DNA of 64,000 nt from the NCBI RefSeq assembly GCF_041956535.1, contig NW_027192192.1:623796-687795 (forward strand). Direction: 5' to 3'. Positions 11,921-25,721 of the stretch are shown piece by piece; positions within the stretch are counted from its first letter, which is position 1; every line of letters starts with the position of its first letter. Source of the stretch: Calcarisporiella thermophila CBS 279.70. Taxonomy: Eukaryota > Fungi > Calcarisporiellomycota. The notes below the pieces were generated by a model. That model did no database searches and had not been told where the DNA came from. It saw only the letters and a program-made list of their open reading frames with translations. The position numbers and the translations under genes are program-made.

Positions 11921-14900
11921 TTAACGACGAGAAGAATGTGATGTGGGATCCGAATCCGGGTCAGTCATGATGGAATTCAGTTCATGGACGACATTACGGG
12001 CACGTGCAAATCGTGTCCGGCTAGTTGTTGTTCCCGAAAACCTTACTGTGCTAGAGTCGCTCTGGTTAAGAGGGTTAGGACAGTAATCTGGGGGCTCTGA
12101 CACGACAGTATTGTTTTCTAAAGCAGGATCTACAAAACTAACAGTCGATCCTACCTGATCCAAAGCAGACTCTTCGTTGAATGCTAAGGAGTTATCCTCA
12201 TTTGTATGTTCGATCTTCAACTGCTGTTCATTCTCAAGTTGATTCTCCAATATAGAACTAGCGGGCTCGCATGGGAATTCAAAATTTTTGCTTCTGCTTG
12301 AAGGATCGTCTGAACTGGATACGGTATCTTGGCCTAATTGACTGGATGATAAATCGTTGCGCCATCCTCGCCAGCGCCAATAACGTATTCGAGAATTTCT
12401 TGTGCGGAAATATGAAGGGTGAGCAAGATGACGACGATGGTATTCATCGTGTTCTCCTTTAAGTCGGCGAATTATACACCGCGAAGTACAGGGCTGATTC
12501 CCAAATATCTGTGACCATCGTGGACGACCTTGTCCATTTCTAGAACTCAGTAATCTACGCGTTTTCAGAATTGGTGGTATAGCAGCTAATGGTGCTCTCA
12601 TCATCCCTCCTTCACCACCACCACCACCACCACCACCACCACCACCACCACCACTTTCGCTACTACTTGTACGATTGTGTGAGCCCACTGTCGAATGATC
12701 TTGTAATCGCGCACTACGCAATTTTGGGGGGCGATTGGCAGCAATTGTGCGCCAGCGTCGCCTTTGCATTTCATCGCGTGCAGACAGCACTAATCCACTA
12801 GCTAAATAGCGCAGACGACTTGCCTCTTGTTGAGCGTCCTCAGCTGCTTCATGTTCCGATAGTGTCATACGTGGTACTTCTTCAAGCTCTAATAGACCTT
12901 CATCAGTTGCAGCTCCAGCAATAGCATCCTCTTCTGAAGTCGTATATGCGGCAGGTGAGGTGGATGAATAATCATAGAGACCATGAAGTCGTCGCCTTCG
13001 CCCCTCATGATCTTTTGTAGCCCACGTATCATACCACCAACACGTATTATCCGATCGCCAGAACGAATAGAGTTGAAACCATACGCCAAAGAGGGGAAAT
13101 CCGACCAGTATATAGAGCAGCAGCCAAAGTAGGTATTTAAATTGAAGTCGAATTAGGAATTGTAATGCATGGAGGCCCAAGAGTGAAATAAAGCTCCATG
13201 TCACGGCCACGTGTGGAAGTATAGGATTGGGCATTAAAGCACGTATGACGATGCTATACAGATAGAGAATAAATGCGGGTCCAAGTAAATGCCCCAGGAG
13301 ACGAGCAAAGGCGAATAGCTTAAGTGGTAGCCGTCGTCCAAGAGGAAATATATAAATGTAAGAAACGGGAAGCTGAAGCTGCTCAACTAAGTGATGAAAA
13401 CGAGCATTAAGCTGTCGTATCTGTTGGCTCTGTAGAACTCCGAAATTAGTCGTTAGAGAGGTGTATGCAATAACACTTGGCGCAAATCCCAATTTATGAA
13501 AAGGATGCGCTTTAAGCAAAGCAGTAGTCAGGTAAATATCTTCGCCCTGCAAAAGAAGATTTTGCATATGCATAGTGGTTGGCTGGGGTACGGCAAGCTC
13601 GCGAAGCACGGTCGGATGCGCAGCACATAATGTAAAACCAGAAGGGAGGCTAAGGACGACATTATTTTCCTTTTGAGCAGGATATTGTTCAGCGGAATCG
13701 CTTTTTTCGTTGTAAATAGCTGAGATAGCCTCTGCCGTTTTGGGGCCATCCCGTTTAAGCATGCTCTGTTTTAAATGTGTCTCTTCATCCGTATCGAATC
13801 GAACGCGATACATAGCGAATGCGCTAATTATATTGCCAGCCCCACTCCCAATAAGCATCGTAGCATCAAATGCACGATTGACAAACGTAAGCCACCACTC
13901 ATATACTTGAAGAAGAGTAACGAGATTTTCCTCTGGGTTTGCGATGCGTAGATCACCACTAAGCGCCATGAGATGACTGTCCATTTCAAGTCGGGTCACC
14001 ATTTTGGTCACCGCATCAGGTGTGAGTTGGGTATCTGCATCCACAACCATCAAATATTTGATATATCGAGGATCAATACCAAGCACATCAAAGCACTGGT
14101 GGTAGAGCTCGTATTCAAGAGGATTAATGCAGTTCCGCGGGAGATTCATGCACCGTTCCAAAAAAGCAAGTATCAATAACAAGGAATCTCGTTTGCCACG
14201 ATTGCCAGACATAGCGCGACGAAATTCTGATCGACTGCCTATTTTGACGATAACCATATATGGTACGCGATGGGAACCAGTTTCGTAGTACCCGGAAAAG
14301 ACCTTCGCAAAGTTGATTCGCTTTGAACCTTGACCAAGTGAATTATATGGACGCGGTAGCGAGTCGCGATTGCCACTGTAGCCAAGGATATCGAGCACAG
14401 TATTCGCCGCATCTTTGCCTTCACTAGTCATTGGAAGCACAATCCCATCACACACAAAAACCATAAGTTTTTGGGCGTCTTCATAGGTGGTGCGAGCCAA
14501 ACTTTCAACATTAGCCTTGATCATGTCATATGGCTCAGAATAACAAGGCACCATAAGCATGACATAGGGAAGAGGTAGTGAAGCAGGCAGTACGGATTCG
14601 CGAAAGAGTGATTTACGAACAAAAGGAATGTAGAACAGAGATATCAGAAATTTCAGCAAGCAGAGCAATAGGAAAGATCCCATCGTCACCCATAGAACAT
14701 AATTAAGACGCCGGCATCCTTGGGGAATTGAGTCTTGCAAAATCCCTCGAAAGAAAAGTAAATCCATACATCTCAGATATATGTCGGGGTTAGTGACATT
14801 TGCAAAGGAGTTTGTAGCGTCTTGGCCTTTATAAGTGAGTAGGACGGTGGTGACATCGTAAGGCAGGAACATTGTCTCGTTCACCAATAATTTTCTCGAA

Positions 14901-16103
14901 ACCCGTCCGTTTGCAACGTTTACAAGAGTGGTTGCTATACGGAGATAATCTGTAATATCATATACACGATTGTACAATATTGTGTATGCACGTTCGTCCA
15001 GATTACTAAACTTTTGTCGAATAAGATCTCTTGTGAAGGTAATTTCTGACATGATAGAAAATAATCGTTATTAAGAGTCTACCCGGGTTCATAACAACAC
15101 TATGTAATAAACTCACCTCCAGTGTAGAGCTTGGAGAGGTCTTCTCTCGCATTAGCGTCGTAAAAGCATGGTTTGCCACTCTTTTTTGGATCATCAGGAT
15201 CTGGACATGCAACCAGACGTTGATTTACAACTGAGTAGCCTGAATCATTAGCAACCCGTAGTTCTAGCCAGCGATCAGATACTTGGTGGTTTTGGATACA
15301 CCTTTGAATATTCGGATCAGAAAACTCAGTCGACCCTGGTTGTCTGGCTAATAGTGTGAAGGTGGGGAAATTGAAAGAGAGATCTTTTCCTGTATGCTCT
15401 CTAACAAAATTAGCCACTTCTGATTGCTGATCTTTGGCGCGAACGGCTTTGCCATTAACGAAGGATATTCCGAGGGAAGGATTGTCAATTATATCTTGAT
15501 ATTTGTAAACTTGATGAGAGCAAGTTCTTAATGAAAACAGCTCTAGCCAAACTACTAATGCGAGCGACAGGAGTAGAACAAGCACACAAATCAATATTTT
15601 TTCTCTCCAATTTTGTCGAGAATCTAAAAGAAAAAAAAATAAGAGGAGGACTACAGTTAAAAAAGTAAATATTGCTTACCCGCATTTTTTAAACCTAGAA
15701 AGTATGAAAGGAAACAATCTGGAATAAGTACTGTCACAGCCCGCGAGAGAAGAACCCAAAAGCGACGAGTAAGACGATGCCCGCTTCTAGCGCTGTTCAT
15801 TTTTCCATTTCCCATAGATTTCATTTGCTGGTTGTATATGGATTGTTCATTCATCTGATTGTGTAGCTTGGTATCGGACATAACAGAATCATCAATAAAA
15901 ATTGTGCTCCCTTTATTGGTGCTCGTAATGGTAGTATTTGCGCCGTCACTAGCCAAGGAAGAGCCTGAATTTTCTTTTTCGCAGCCGGAAGATTCTAAGG
16001 AGAGGAAGGAAGCACTTCGCCAACGACGAGCCTTAGGAGGGCTGAAACTGGCATCATGATCGTTAGGATTGTATTCAAACGGTTGATCGTTCGGTTTTGC
16101 CAT
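11921..16103 (-). CDS. Chitin synthase-like GT2 protein (division 2, class IV/V/VII-like) with degenerate catalytic motifs
   Basis: VPCYSE, FVCDG, GNRGKRDS, MVVDADT and LQVYE retained; GEDI instead of GEDR; SQQIRQL instead of SQRRRW; C-terminal TM block; 3 exons from ATG 16103. Confidence 0.85.
12614..12654 (-). repeat. (GGT)n microsatellite encoding poly-Gly
   Basis: Run of cac/acc repeats on the + strand within the chitin-synthase-like ORF. Confidence 0.9.
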
Positions 16104-16508
16104 GCGGCAAACCAATATAATGTGTGATTGTTGTTATCTTTTAAAAATTGGAGAGCAAGAAATGGAATATATATTAGAATAAAACTGTTTATGAGAAAAA
16201 TAAAAATTGCAGTGTTCTTATGAAATGGAAGCTAAGGAAAATACTGGTTATAAAAATTCGGTGAAAATTAGTTACGCTATTTTATGACGTATACAATTTT
16301 AAAATAAAATATGTAACTTTAATGCAAGAGCAAAATTGCGAGAAGCCGAATAGCATGGGTAAATAGAGAAAAATAGGCAAATAAGAAAAAATAAGCAATG
16401 AAAAGGTAAAAAAATACAAGATATTCAATAAACGATAGAGTTAACTCATTTTTGAAATCTAAAAATTTAACAGGTTTATCAAAATAATCAAAGATAGTAG
16501 CAAGTAGT

Positions 16509-18168
<1,660 letters not shown>

Positions 18169-19263
18169 TATATTTTAAGAGTTTTTACATTCAAAACACT
18201 TTCCCTCCGAGATACTTTTTTCCTTGAAGAATGACTGGTAAGGTTCGCAAGAAATACGCAAAACAGATTTTGTGGGCAGATTTAATGCGGATATTTAGCG
18301 ATATTTACGGAGATAGGATAGAATTACTCACATAAATTATTAATACGGAGAAAAAAACAGCTAACAACTTTAGCATTTTGGTTCGGAAGGATAATCTTCC
18401 ACTAAGTTCGTGAGATAGATGTAATGTCAGCGATGAGTGATCGAAATTTATACTAGTAGGCGCTGGGATGTACCCTACATTCACAGTAAATGGATTCGCA
18501 TCTATTTTTAACTGCGTTTCAGCATCGCGGAGCCATCAGAAACTTTTACATGATGATTACGCAGAACTGAATTTAGTTTAAAGCCAGAGTTAAAATGCAA
18601 GCATGAAACGCAGACTTCGAATTCTGGCATTTGTGTCGTTGAGCTTAAAACTCTCACTTCAGAATTTGTTTTCATACCTAATCCGGCTCCATTCTTGTTA
18701 GAAAAATAACATAATATTATATATGACTAGTGAAGTTGAACATCGCTTCAGTATAAAGATCATGTTAAAATCCAAAAGACACTGTCCGCCTTAATAAATT
18801 ATTAACATATTGTTCAAATTCATAGCTATTAAAGATCTCTCAGTTCTGAGTCTTACCATAGCGCTATGGGACATTCAAAGTTTAATATGCGTACAACTCC
18901 AGTCAAGGCTATTGATATACAGTTATTTTTTTTAAACTATTCAATCGAATATAGCCACATAAGCTGCTCTCAATGTAATCAAATTTTTATGAGCATATCA
19001 AACTACGTCTCTTAGTCATTTGGATACTTATGCGAAATACTAATAGCAGCTAGCTGAACATGTCCACCTGAAACACCGTTTCCCTCAAAATTTCTTATTT
19101 TTTGGTGGTGATAGAAAAGCCATGTAATATACATGTAAAACAGGTGTTGGCAGATTTAACACAAATATTTATAAGCGTAGTAAAGCAGTTAGAATTGATT
19201 TATTCACAAATAATGATGAATATTGAACAAATTCGCTGTTTAGCTCTTCATTCGACTTAATGC

Positions 19264-19948
19264 TTAATCTTCCTTTACAGCGCGAGCAAGATCTTGCAGA
19301 CCATCACGGCGCTTGTAACGGGAATCTTCAATGACAGCTTGGTCAGTGCTTGAGTATTCAGCATTCCACTAAAGAAAAGAGTGTGAGATATGTTAATAGA
19401 TTAAAAATTACAAGCGAACACAATAGATGCCAACCTCGACGTATGTACTATTGTCACTAGTAACGCGATTCAGCTTGATCGTGTGTAGAGCGCTCATAAA
19501 TGAAACAGGCGGGTCGCTCTCAATATACTCAAGCGTAAGGCGGTGTTCGAGTTCTGGTAGAAAATTAGCCACTAGGAATAAGATAGAGAATAAGTCGAAT
19601 TTTATTTACCAGATAGCTCCACCAGCTTAAGTTTCTGAACAGTGCCATCCTAATATCACAGATGAATATATGAGCATTACGTATTGGTATCACTAAAATT
19701 TCTAAATTCAACCTTAAAGCGAACAACACGCGTGCCACCAACTAAACAGGATAAAATAATGTTATATCTCAACACGATTAAATTCACAATTTTTTCCTAA
19801 TTTTACCTTCAAGTGGACGGCTATCGCCTTCGAGCTCGCAGCTCTTCACAATTCCCCACCACGAGAACTGCGCGTCTTTCACCTTCGCCCACAGTTCATC
19901 AATGGGAGATTTAATGACAATTGATTCATGCACTGAAGTAACAGACAT
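19264..19948 (-). CDS. Small SRPBCC/Bet v1-like (polyketide cyclase/dehydrase) ligand-binding protein, 5 exons
   Basis: Spliced: MSVTSVHESIVIKSPIDELWAKVK...VGGTRVVRFKDGTVQKLKLVELSELEHRLTLEY...TYVEWNAEYS...LQDLARAVKED*. Confidence 0.8.
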
Positions 19949-20125
19949 AGCTTGGAAGATTTTAGAAATTTCGAGTAGAACAAAAACTCGAGGGAAAGAA
20001 AATAATCCTAGGGTATAGACGCCTTTTCTCCTACCTGTGTGAAAAAAAATTGCCACGCTTCGAAAAAGCAGTCACTCCAATTTACCTTTAAATGAATTTG
20101 TTATAAAAATGGAGACAACCAATAG

Positions 20126-21231
20126 ATGTCTGATAAGTCAAAACAGCACATTGCAAGATTACCGCTCAATCTTTCATTCTCGAAGTCATGGCTTGAATAT
20201 TTGTTCAAGTTCGTATCCAATTCCGAAACGATCCACGAGGGGATATATATAGCGGACGCAAGAATGGTGTTTGTGAGTGATCCATTTTCAATACAAGAAT
20301 TATGGGATCATGGAAATTTCGGCAAAGGCAATCTTTCGCGAAGCAAGCCAGATTATGAAAAACGGATGAGTAGGATAAGCGGAGATATGAGTATGCTCTC
20401 GTGTTGTTGCCATGAATATACCAAAGATGTAACAAGGTACATTTTTCAAACTAGTGGATTCTGTGGAGAATGCGAAAGAGTGCTTGTGCTTAAATTTGGT
20501 GGAGGCCTTCTTTTTAACATACTCACTCGGTTGTCTGCGCGTTTATGATACGATGGGTGTACGTATATATAAGATTGAATCGCTGTCCTATTGCCTATTC
20601 ACAATATGCTCGTAGAATATTATGTCAATAGAGAAATGTTGGTCGGAATTTTCACACAAAGAATCCCATTTATCCTTGGAAAATGTGCCGCCAGCCGCTG
20701 CACCAAATAATCCATTTATTACTTCATATGTTGCTTATCATTACTATCGCAGTCGGCGATGGGTAGTTCGCTCTGGCTTATCTTATGGAGTTGACTATGG
20801 TAATTAGAATCTCGTGTGCTGAAAATTTTCTCAATTCTTAATTTTGTACTTATAGTTTTATATAGAAAAGGACCCGAGTACGATCATGCCCCGTAGGTTA
20901 CCAAATCGTAAATACTAGATATGAATTGTAGTTCATGAAATATTTAGATATGCTGTAGTGGTCATCCCGGTTGAATCTGGAATATCCCATTCCCTCTATA
21001 CATGGCACTGGCTTGCTACTCTTAGCCGCGTATCTGGGCAAGTAAATAAGGTATTTGCCTTTTTTCTTCTATTTAAACTCTACCTAGCTAAATCTGTATC
21101 TCTGATAGAGTGTTGTGATATGCTATGTGTACATTCCTTCCATCAAATACTCTTCACCCTTATGTCTCGATCAATATCGTGTCAGAGAAGTAATGGTGAA
21201 ACGCTGGATTCCCGAGAGGAACCGTGATTAA
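20126..21231 (+). CDS. SEN2: tRNA-splicing endonuclease catalytic subunit Sen2
   Basis: [65 protein letters not shown]; the Tyr/His/Lys triad appears present. Confidence 0.88.
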
Positions 21232-21510
21232 ATTAGGATCTAACATCAAAAATAAAAAGCATTTAATTTCTTTAAAATAAAAATAAAAATAAAAAGCTAC
21301 AAGGAAAAACACAAATATAGTAAAGTAATCGAATAAAAGAAATGATAAAAAAAATCAACAAGGTATATCCCTTTAGGTTACATGCGAACGAAAAAAAAGT
21401 TTATAAAATGATGAAAGTGATGGAATTACATAGATTAAGATAACTGGAAAAAAAAAAGTTAAAATTTAAAATTTATCAAAATATATAGAGGAATGGTAAT
21501 TTGTTTGTAA

Positions 21511-24417
21511 TCAAATCTCTTTTCCGTGAACTCGCACACGATAAATACAAGTATACTCCTTATTTCCCCAATTGCTTTTTATCCGGAACTGCACTGCCCG
21601 CACTGCCAATTCTTTTCTATGCAAGTGCCGTGGTACACTGAAGCTTTGTATAGGTGACCGTGCGTGAATATCATAATCAAATGAGGCCAACATAATTGTG
21701 CGAGCAGTTTGAAGTGAGGCATCAAGAGGTTCTTCCTTTTCCGCTTCCAATGCTTCATGCTCATGTGATCCTTTTGTTGTTTTGGGTTCGGTTTTTACTT
21801 GTTTCCGTGGATCCTTATCCTTTATTCCCCACACTTCAATGCGCTGTGGAGCACTCCCTAGATCAATTGCTACATCTTTGTTCACGTGCTCAACAGTTAA
21901 ATCCGTTACTACGATCGGCCGACTAAGGAGGATACCAAGATTTCCCTGGGATCCGTGAAATGGCCAGCACTGCCCAACATGTGTATCAGGATGAATCGCA
22001 GCGACCGGTGGCATTCCCTGTTTAATCCCGACGCTGAAAAGTGAAGCAGAAATTTGTCCAAAAAATCCGCCTGGACGTACAGAATAAGTTTTGCTTGTCA
22101 TTGTAGGAATGATACGAGCTCCTCCTGATGCAAGTGCATAATCCGGCATGCCAAGTACGTCAGAGGAATATCGCAGCAAAGCCTCATCGATCATCTCCGA
22201 GATAATTTCTGTAGCATCATCGCCTAGCTGCATTTTTGCTCGTTCGACGGCCTCTTGATGCTGGACAGGTTTCTGGTTTTGATGTTGAATCGCCTGCGTT
22301 TCCAAGTCTTTTCGCAGACGCTTCACTTCTTCGCCAAGTATACTCATAAAATCCTTCTTACTAACAATAAGCCCATTCTCTCCTGTCATGTCATCGATAG
22401 ATTGTCTGATAAAGGTAGAAATTGACTGCTCGTTGTTCTGGACGAAATCTTTCCAAGACAGCGAAGGGTGCATAGAATTTACATTGTTATGTTCAGCTTT
22501 CCTAATGTTTGCAAATTCTTTCCGGAGCTGGTCCACGCTTGAATCCAACTTCTCATTCGTTGTGAACATGTTTTTGAGTTGCAGCCAAAACTCCGGTTCT
22601 ACCTCCAATTTACCCGTATGTGAATTCATTCGCACGATTAGGTGGTTTGGCAGATACTTCTCAATTGCCATTGACACTCGACGAGCAATTGCTTCTCCGC
22701 TTGCAATATCGTCAACATACCGGTGAAGTCCCTTTAACTCTCCTTTCAAATTATCAAAGCTAGTATGAAGCGATCGAACCTCCTTAGACGTTTTCCCAAA
22801 ATTATTCTCCAATGCATCCATTTTCGCCCGCATCTCATTAATATCGTGTTCAGTTTGCTGCATTGACTGCCGTATTTCATTGAGAGCAACCCCGTCCGTA
22901 CTATGCACGTGCCGAGCTGTGTTTTGCATGCTAGCCGACAGCTCCTGAAGTTTAGTAGCGAGAAGTGCTACCTGTTGCGCACGTTCATGAGCCTCCGCTA
23001 TACTCTCTCTCTCGAAGTCTTGACTTCTCTTGACAATATCGTTCGATGTCTTATATAACTTTTGTAATGACAATTCAAGTGCCATCAAGCGATCGGAGAG
23101 TTCCTGCACTGTGCTAGGCGGAAGATCTGGAGCAATAAAACCATTTCCGGGTCCTCTTATAAGCGGCCAAGCTGATAAATTGATCTTTGGAATACGGATT
23201 TCGGGGAAATGATCAAGCATACCACCGTGCTTTCGATATATCTCGCGAGATTTTTTCATGAGTTCCTCATTAAATCCACCTAATATTGCGAGAAGCATAA
23301 TGACTAGCGACACGAATAATAAAATTGTAAAGGAACCAGCGCGACGATTTGAATCCGAAGATGAGATCTGGTTTAATAAATTACTCAAAGTTTTGCTCAG
23401 AGTGGAAAAGCAACGACGGATGAATGCGCCAATATAAAGCAGAGGGTGAATGGTCAATGCTTTAAGGAGTTTGGTAGTGTTTTCGAACAATCCTCTGCTT
23501 ATTTGGCGAAGCAGCCAAAAAGTCATCATAACTAGCTTGAACACTTGAGCAATCCCCCAATTGATCAGCCTTTGAACAGGTCGCCAAATTGGAACTTTGC
23601 GCACAATAACACGATGGCCTTGCTCGTCACATATATATTCTTCGTCCAACTCTTCATCTTCGAAGCTATCGTTCCCAAGGTCACTATATTCCTCATTAAA
23701 TGGTTCCCCATGATCTCCATTTTCTTTTTCACGATATCCATTGAAATAATGTAGGTGCTGTTGGGAGCCCTTGGCTCGGTTATATGCATGAATGTTCCGT
23801 AATACCTCCTCATCAAGATAATCTCCATCATTTAGATCCTCATACTCGTACTCAGTATTCTCCTCTTCCTCCCCATCCCAATCCTCTCCGCTTGCTTGCT
23901 CGTCTTGTTCGGTTTGAACACCATTTTCTCCAACTACCTGACGACGACGTGCTTTTCTACGCCGACGACGACCAATCACGCGGTCCACCGGCAGTTTTGA
24001 AACAATCTCAGGATCAAGTTGACTTAAATCTCTTAAGTAATATTTGTTTTTGCCCATCTTGAACAGTTCGCGAGAAGCCTCTTCATCAAAGTCAGAGTCT
24101 ACTAGGGCTGGATCGTCTTTGTAAGAAGGGTCGTTAGTACGGCGACGCCGTCTGCGAGCTAGATATTGTTGCTCATCAAAATTCCCATCTTCATGGTCGA
24201 ATTGGTTATGGTAATAGCAATCCGGTTTTGGTGAAGATGAACGGCGCCAAATTTGTGAACCCTTTGATTCAGATTGATGGTGAGCTCGGGAAGGCAAGAA
24301 AATACCGGACAGAAATTTAGATCGCGCAAAAATATTTGCGAAGTTGGATTCTCCATTAGGCTCTTCGGAATATCCAGATGGAGGAACATCGGCAGTATAA
24401 GAAGTTTCATCCTCCAT
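21511..24417 (-). CDS. SUN-domain inner nuclear membrane protein (Sad1/UNC-84 family), single exon
   Basis: TM segment, coiled coil, C-terminal PDYALASGGA, GQCWPFHG, TVEHV, SNWGNKEYTCIYRVRVHG. Confidence 0.92.
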   Translation of the reverse strand: MEDETSYTADVPPSGYSEEPNGESNFANIFARSKFLSGIFLPSRAHHQSESKGSQIWRRSSSPKPDCYYHNQFDHEDGNFDEQQYLARRRRRRTNDPSYKDDPALVDSDFDEEASRELFKMGKNKYYLRDLSQLDPEIVSKLPVDRVIGRRRRRKARRRQVVGENGVQTEQDEQASGEDWDGEEEENTEYEYEDLNDGDYLDEEVLRNIHAYNRAKGSQQHLHYFNGYREKENGDHGEPFNEEYSDLGNDSFEDEELDEEYICDEQGHRVIVRKVPIWRPVQRLINWGIAQVFKLVMMTFWLLRQISRGLFENTTKLLKALTIHPLLYIGAFIRRCFSTLSKTLSNLLNQISSSDSNRRAGSFTILLFVSLVIMLLAILGGFNEELMKKSREIYRKHGGMLDHFPEIRIPKINLSAWPLIRGPGNGFIAPDLPPSTVQELSDRLMALELSLQKLYKTSNDIVKRSQDFERESIAEAHERAQQVALLATKLQELSASMQNTARHVHSTDGVALNEIRQSMQQTEHDINEMRAKMDALENNFGKTSKEVRSLHTSFDNLKGELKGLHRYVDDIASGEAIARRVSMAIEKYLPNHLIVRMNSHTGKLEVEPEFWLQLKNMFTTNEKLDSSVDQLRKEFANIRKAEHNNVNSMHPSLSWKDFVQNNEQSISTFIRQSIDDMTGENGLIVSKKDFMSILGEEVKRLRKDLETQAIQHQNQKPVQHQEAVERAKMQLGDDATEIISEMIDEALLRYSSDVLGMPDYALASGGARIIPTMTSKTYSVRPGGFFGQISASLFSVGIKQGMPPVAAIHPDTHVGQCWPFHGSQGNLGILLSRPIVVTDLTVEHVNKDVAIDLGSAPQRIEVWGIKDKDPRKQVKTEPKTTKGSHEHEALEAEKEEPLDASLQTARTIMLASFDYDIHARSPIQSFSVPRHLHRKELAVRAVQFRIKSNWGNKEYTCIYRVRVHGKEI

Positions 24418-24562
24418 CGTCAGTATTGTTGATAAAAACTGTCGCCCCCCTTATCGTTGTATTTTTAATGCTCGATTTGATAAAGATAATTGTCTGAATT
24501 AAAAATGATTGATTTTGAACACTTTTGTGTGGTTTATCCTTGAATGCGAATAAACTCGATAT

Positions 24563-24574
24563 TGTGACGTCACA
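24563..24574. promoter_or_regulatory. Perfect palindrome TGTGACGTCACA (ATF/CREB CRE core) upstream of the SUN gene
   Basis: 12-bp palindrome containing TGACGTCA, ~145 bp upstream of ATG 24417. Confidence 0.45.
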
Positions 24575-25721
24575 CGTTGGAATTTGCTTAACAAATTATT
24601 CGCGGTTATTTAAGGTACCTGAATTGAATTAAATTAATTTAAAAAAGCCTATAGGAAATTTTATATATGCTAAAGATGAAAAATCCGTCTGCTGGAAAGC
24701 CTATAATAGAGGAGGGAGAGATTAGAATCCCAAGCTGCTATCAAGAAATATAATCTGGAAATCCAAGCAGAATTACTCCAATATTATCACTAAGGTAGTT
24801 TAGAAAATGCACACATACAATTCTTTTAAAGGCACCGACTATTCAGCGCGATAATTATGAGCAAAAACTTGTTGAGGACTCCGAAAAAAGCTCAATGCTC
24901 ATAGTATTAAATTATTAATGGCATTATAATAATTTGATTTATTTTAATATAACTCGATCTATATTTTGATAATTAAGTAGTGGTGATAGCATAAGTACGG
25001 CTGTGAAGGCGGATATGAATGGATCCCTAAATTAAGAACACAATATCTGTTAGTATAGGCTGTATTCAGCAACAAAGGAACAGCATTGGTAATGATAAGA
25101 GACGATATACTAGTCGTGTCGACTGCACTTGTTTCAGCATATTTCAAAAATATAATACACGCACACACGTTATTTTTAGTTTTTTTTATGATAATAATAG
25201 TTAATTGTCAAAGACGTGAACCTTTAAACATGTCTTAGTTGCTCACGAGATTCAAAGCCAAAATGAATAGATTCTTTTTTCTGTTCGAAATAAATTGAAG
25301 TAGGTACGCCAAGTAAAGGATATAATGACCGTTCACGAACTTGGGGCGGATTAGCAATGTGCCTCCGTTCTGATAAGTATTCTGAACGCCCCATCTTAAT
25401 TAACGCGTTTTTCCATCGATTCAGAAGCCAACGCAATACGGACTATCTGCGTTCATATCCGCCTCCGCGAAAAATATCCCTCTTAGCTACATAGATCTTT
25501 TGCCTCAGAGAAGAGCGAGGCGGAAGGCATAACAGAGCTTGGTTAGAGATTTTGGTTTATCTCCAATAATCATTTATCAAATTCCAGCTATCGAATCAAA
25601 ACCCGCCCCCTTGATAACAGGTAGATTGCAGAGATCTAGCCTTAATTTGTTGCTTATCGATTATAAAATTTGACAGCCGAGTACTTTTGCTCGCAATTGC
25701 TTTTGCCTTATCAATTTGAAA

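Noticed and set aside
12589-12801. Poly-His ORF on the + strand
   Set aside because: Antisense shadow of the (GGT)n poly-Gly tract in the chitin-synthase-like gene.
18550-18630. C-box-like ATGATGA with a nearby CTGA (C/D snoRNA?)
   Set aside because: No terminal D box, closing stem or recognisable rRNA guide.
21511-24417. Intronless 2.9-kb SUN gene among intron-rich neighbours (retrocopy?)
   Set aside because: No poly-A remnant or target-site duplication, and other long exons occur in the window.
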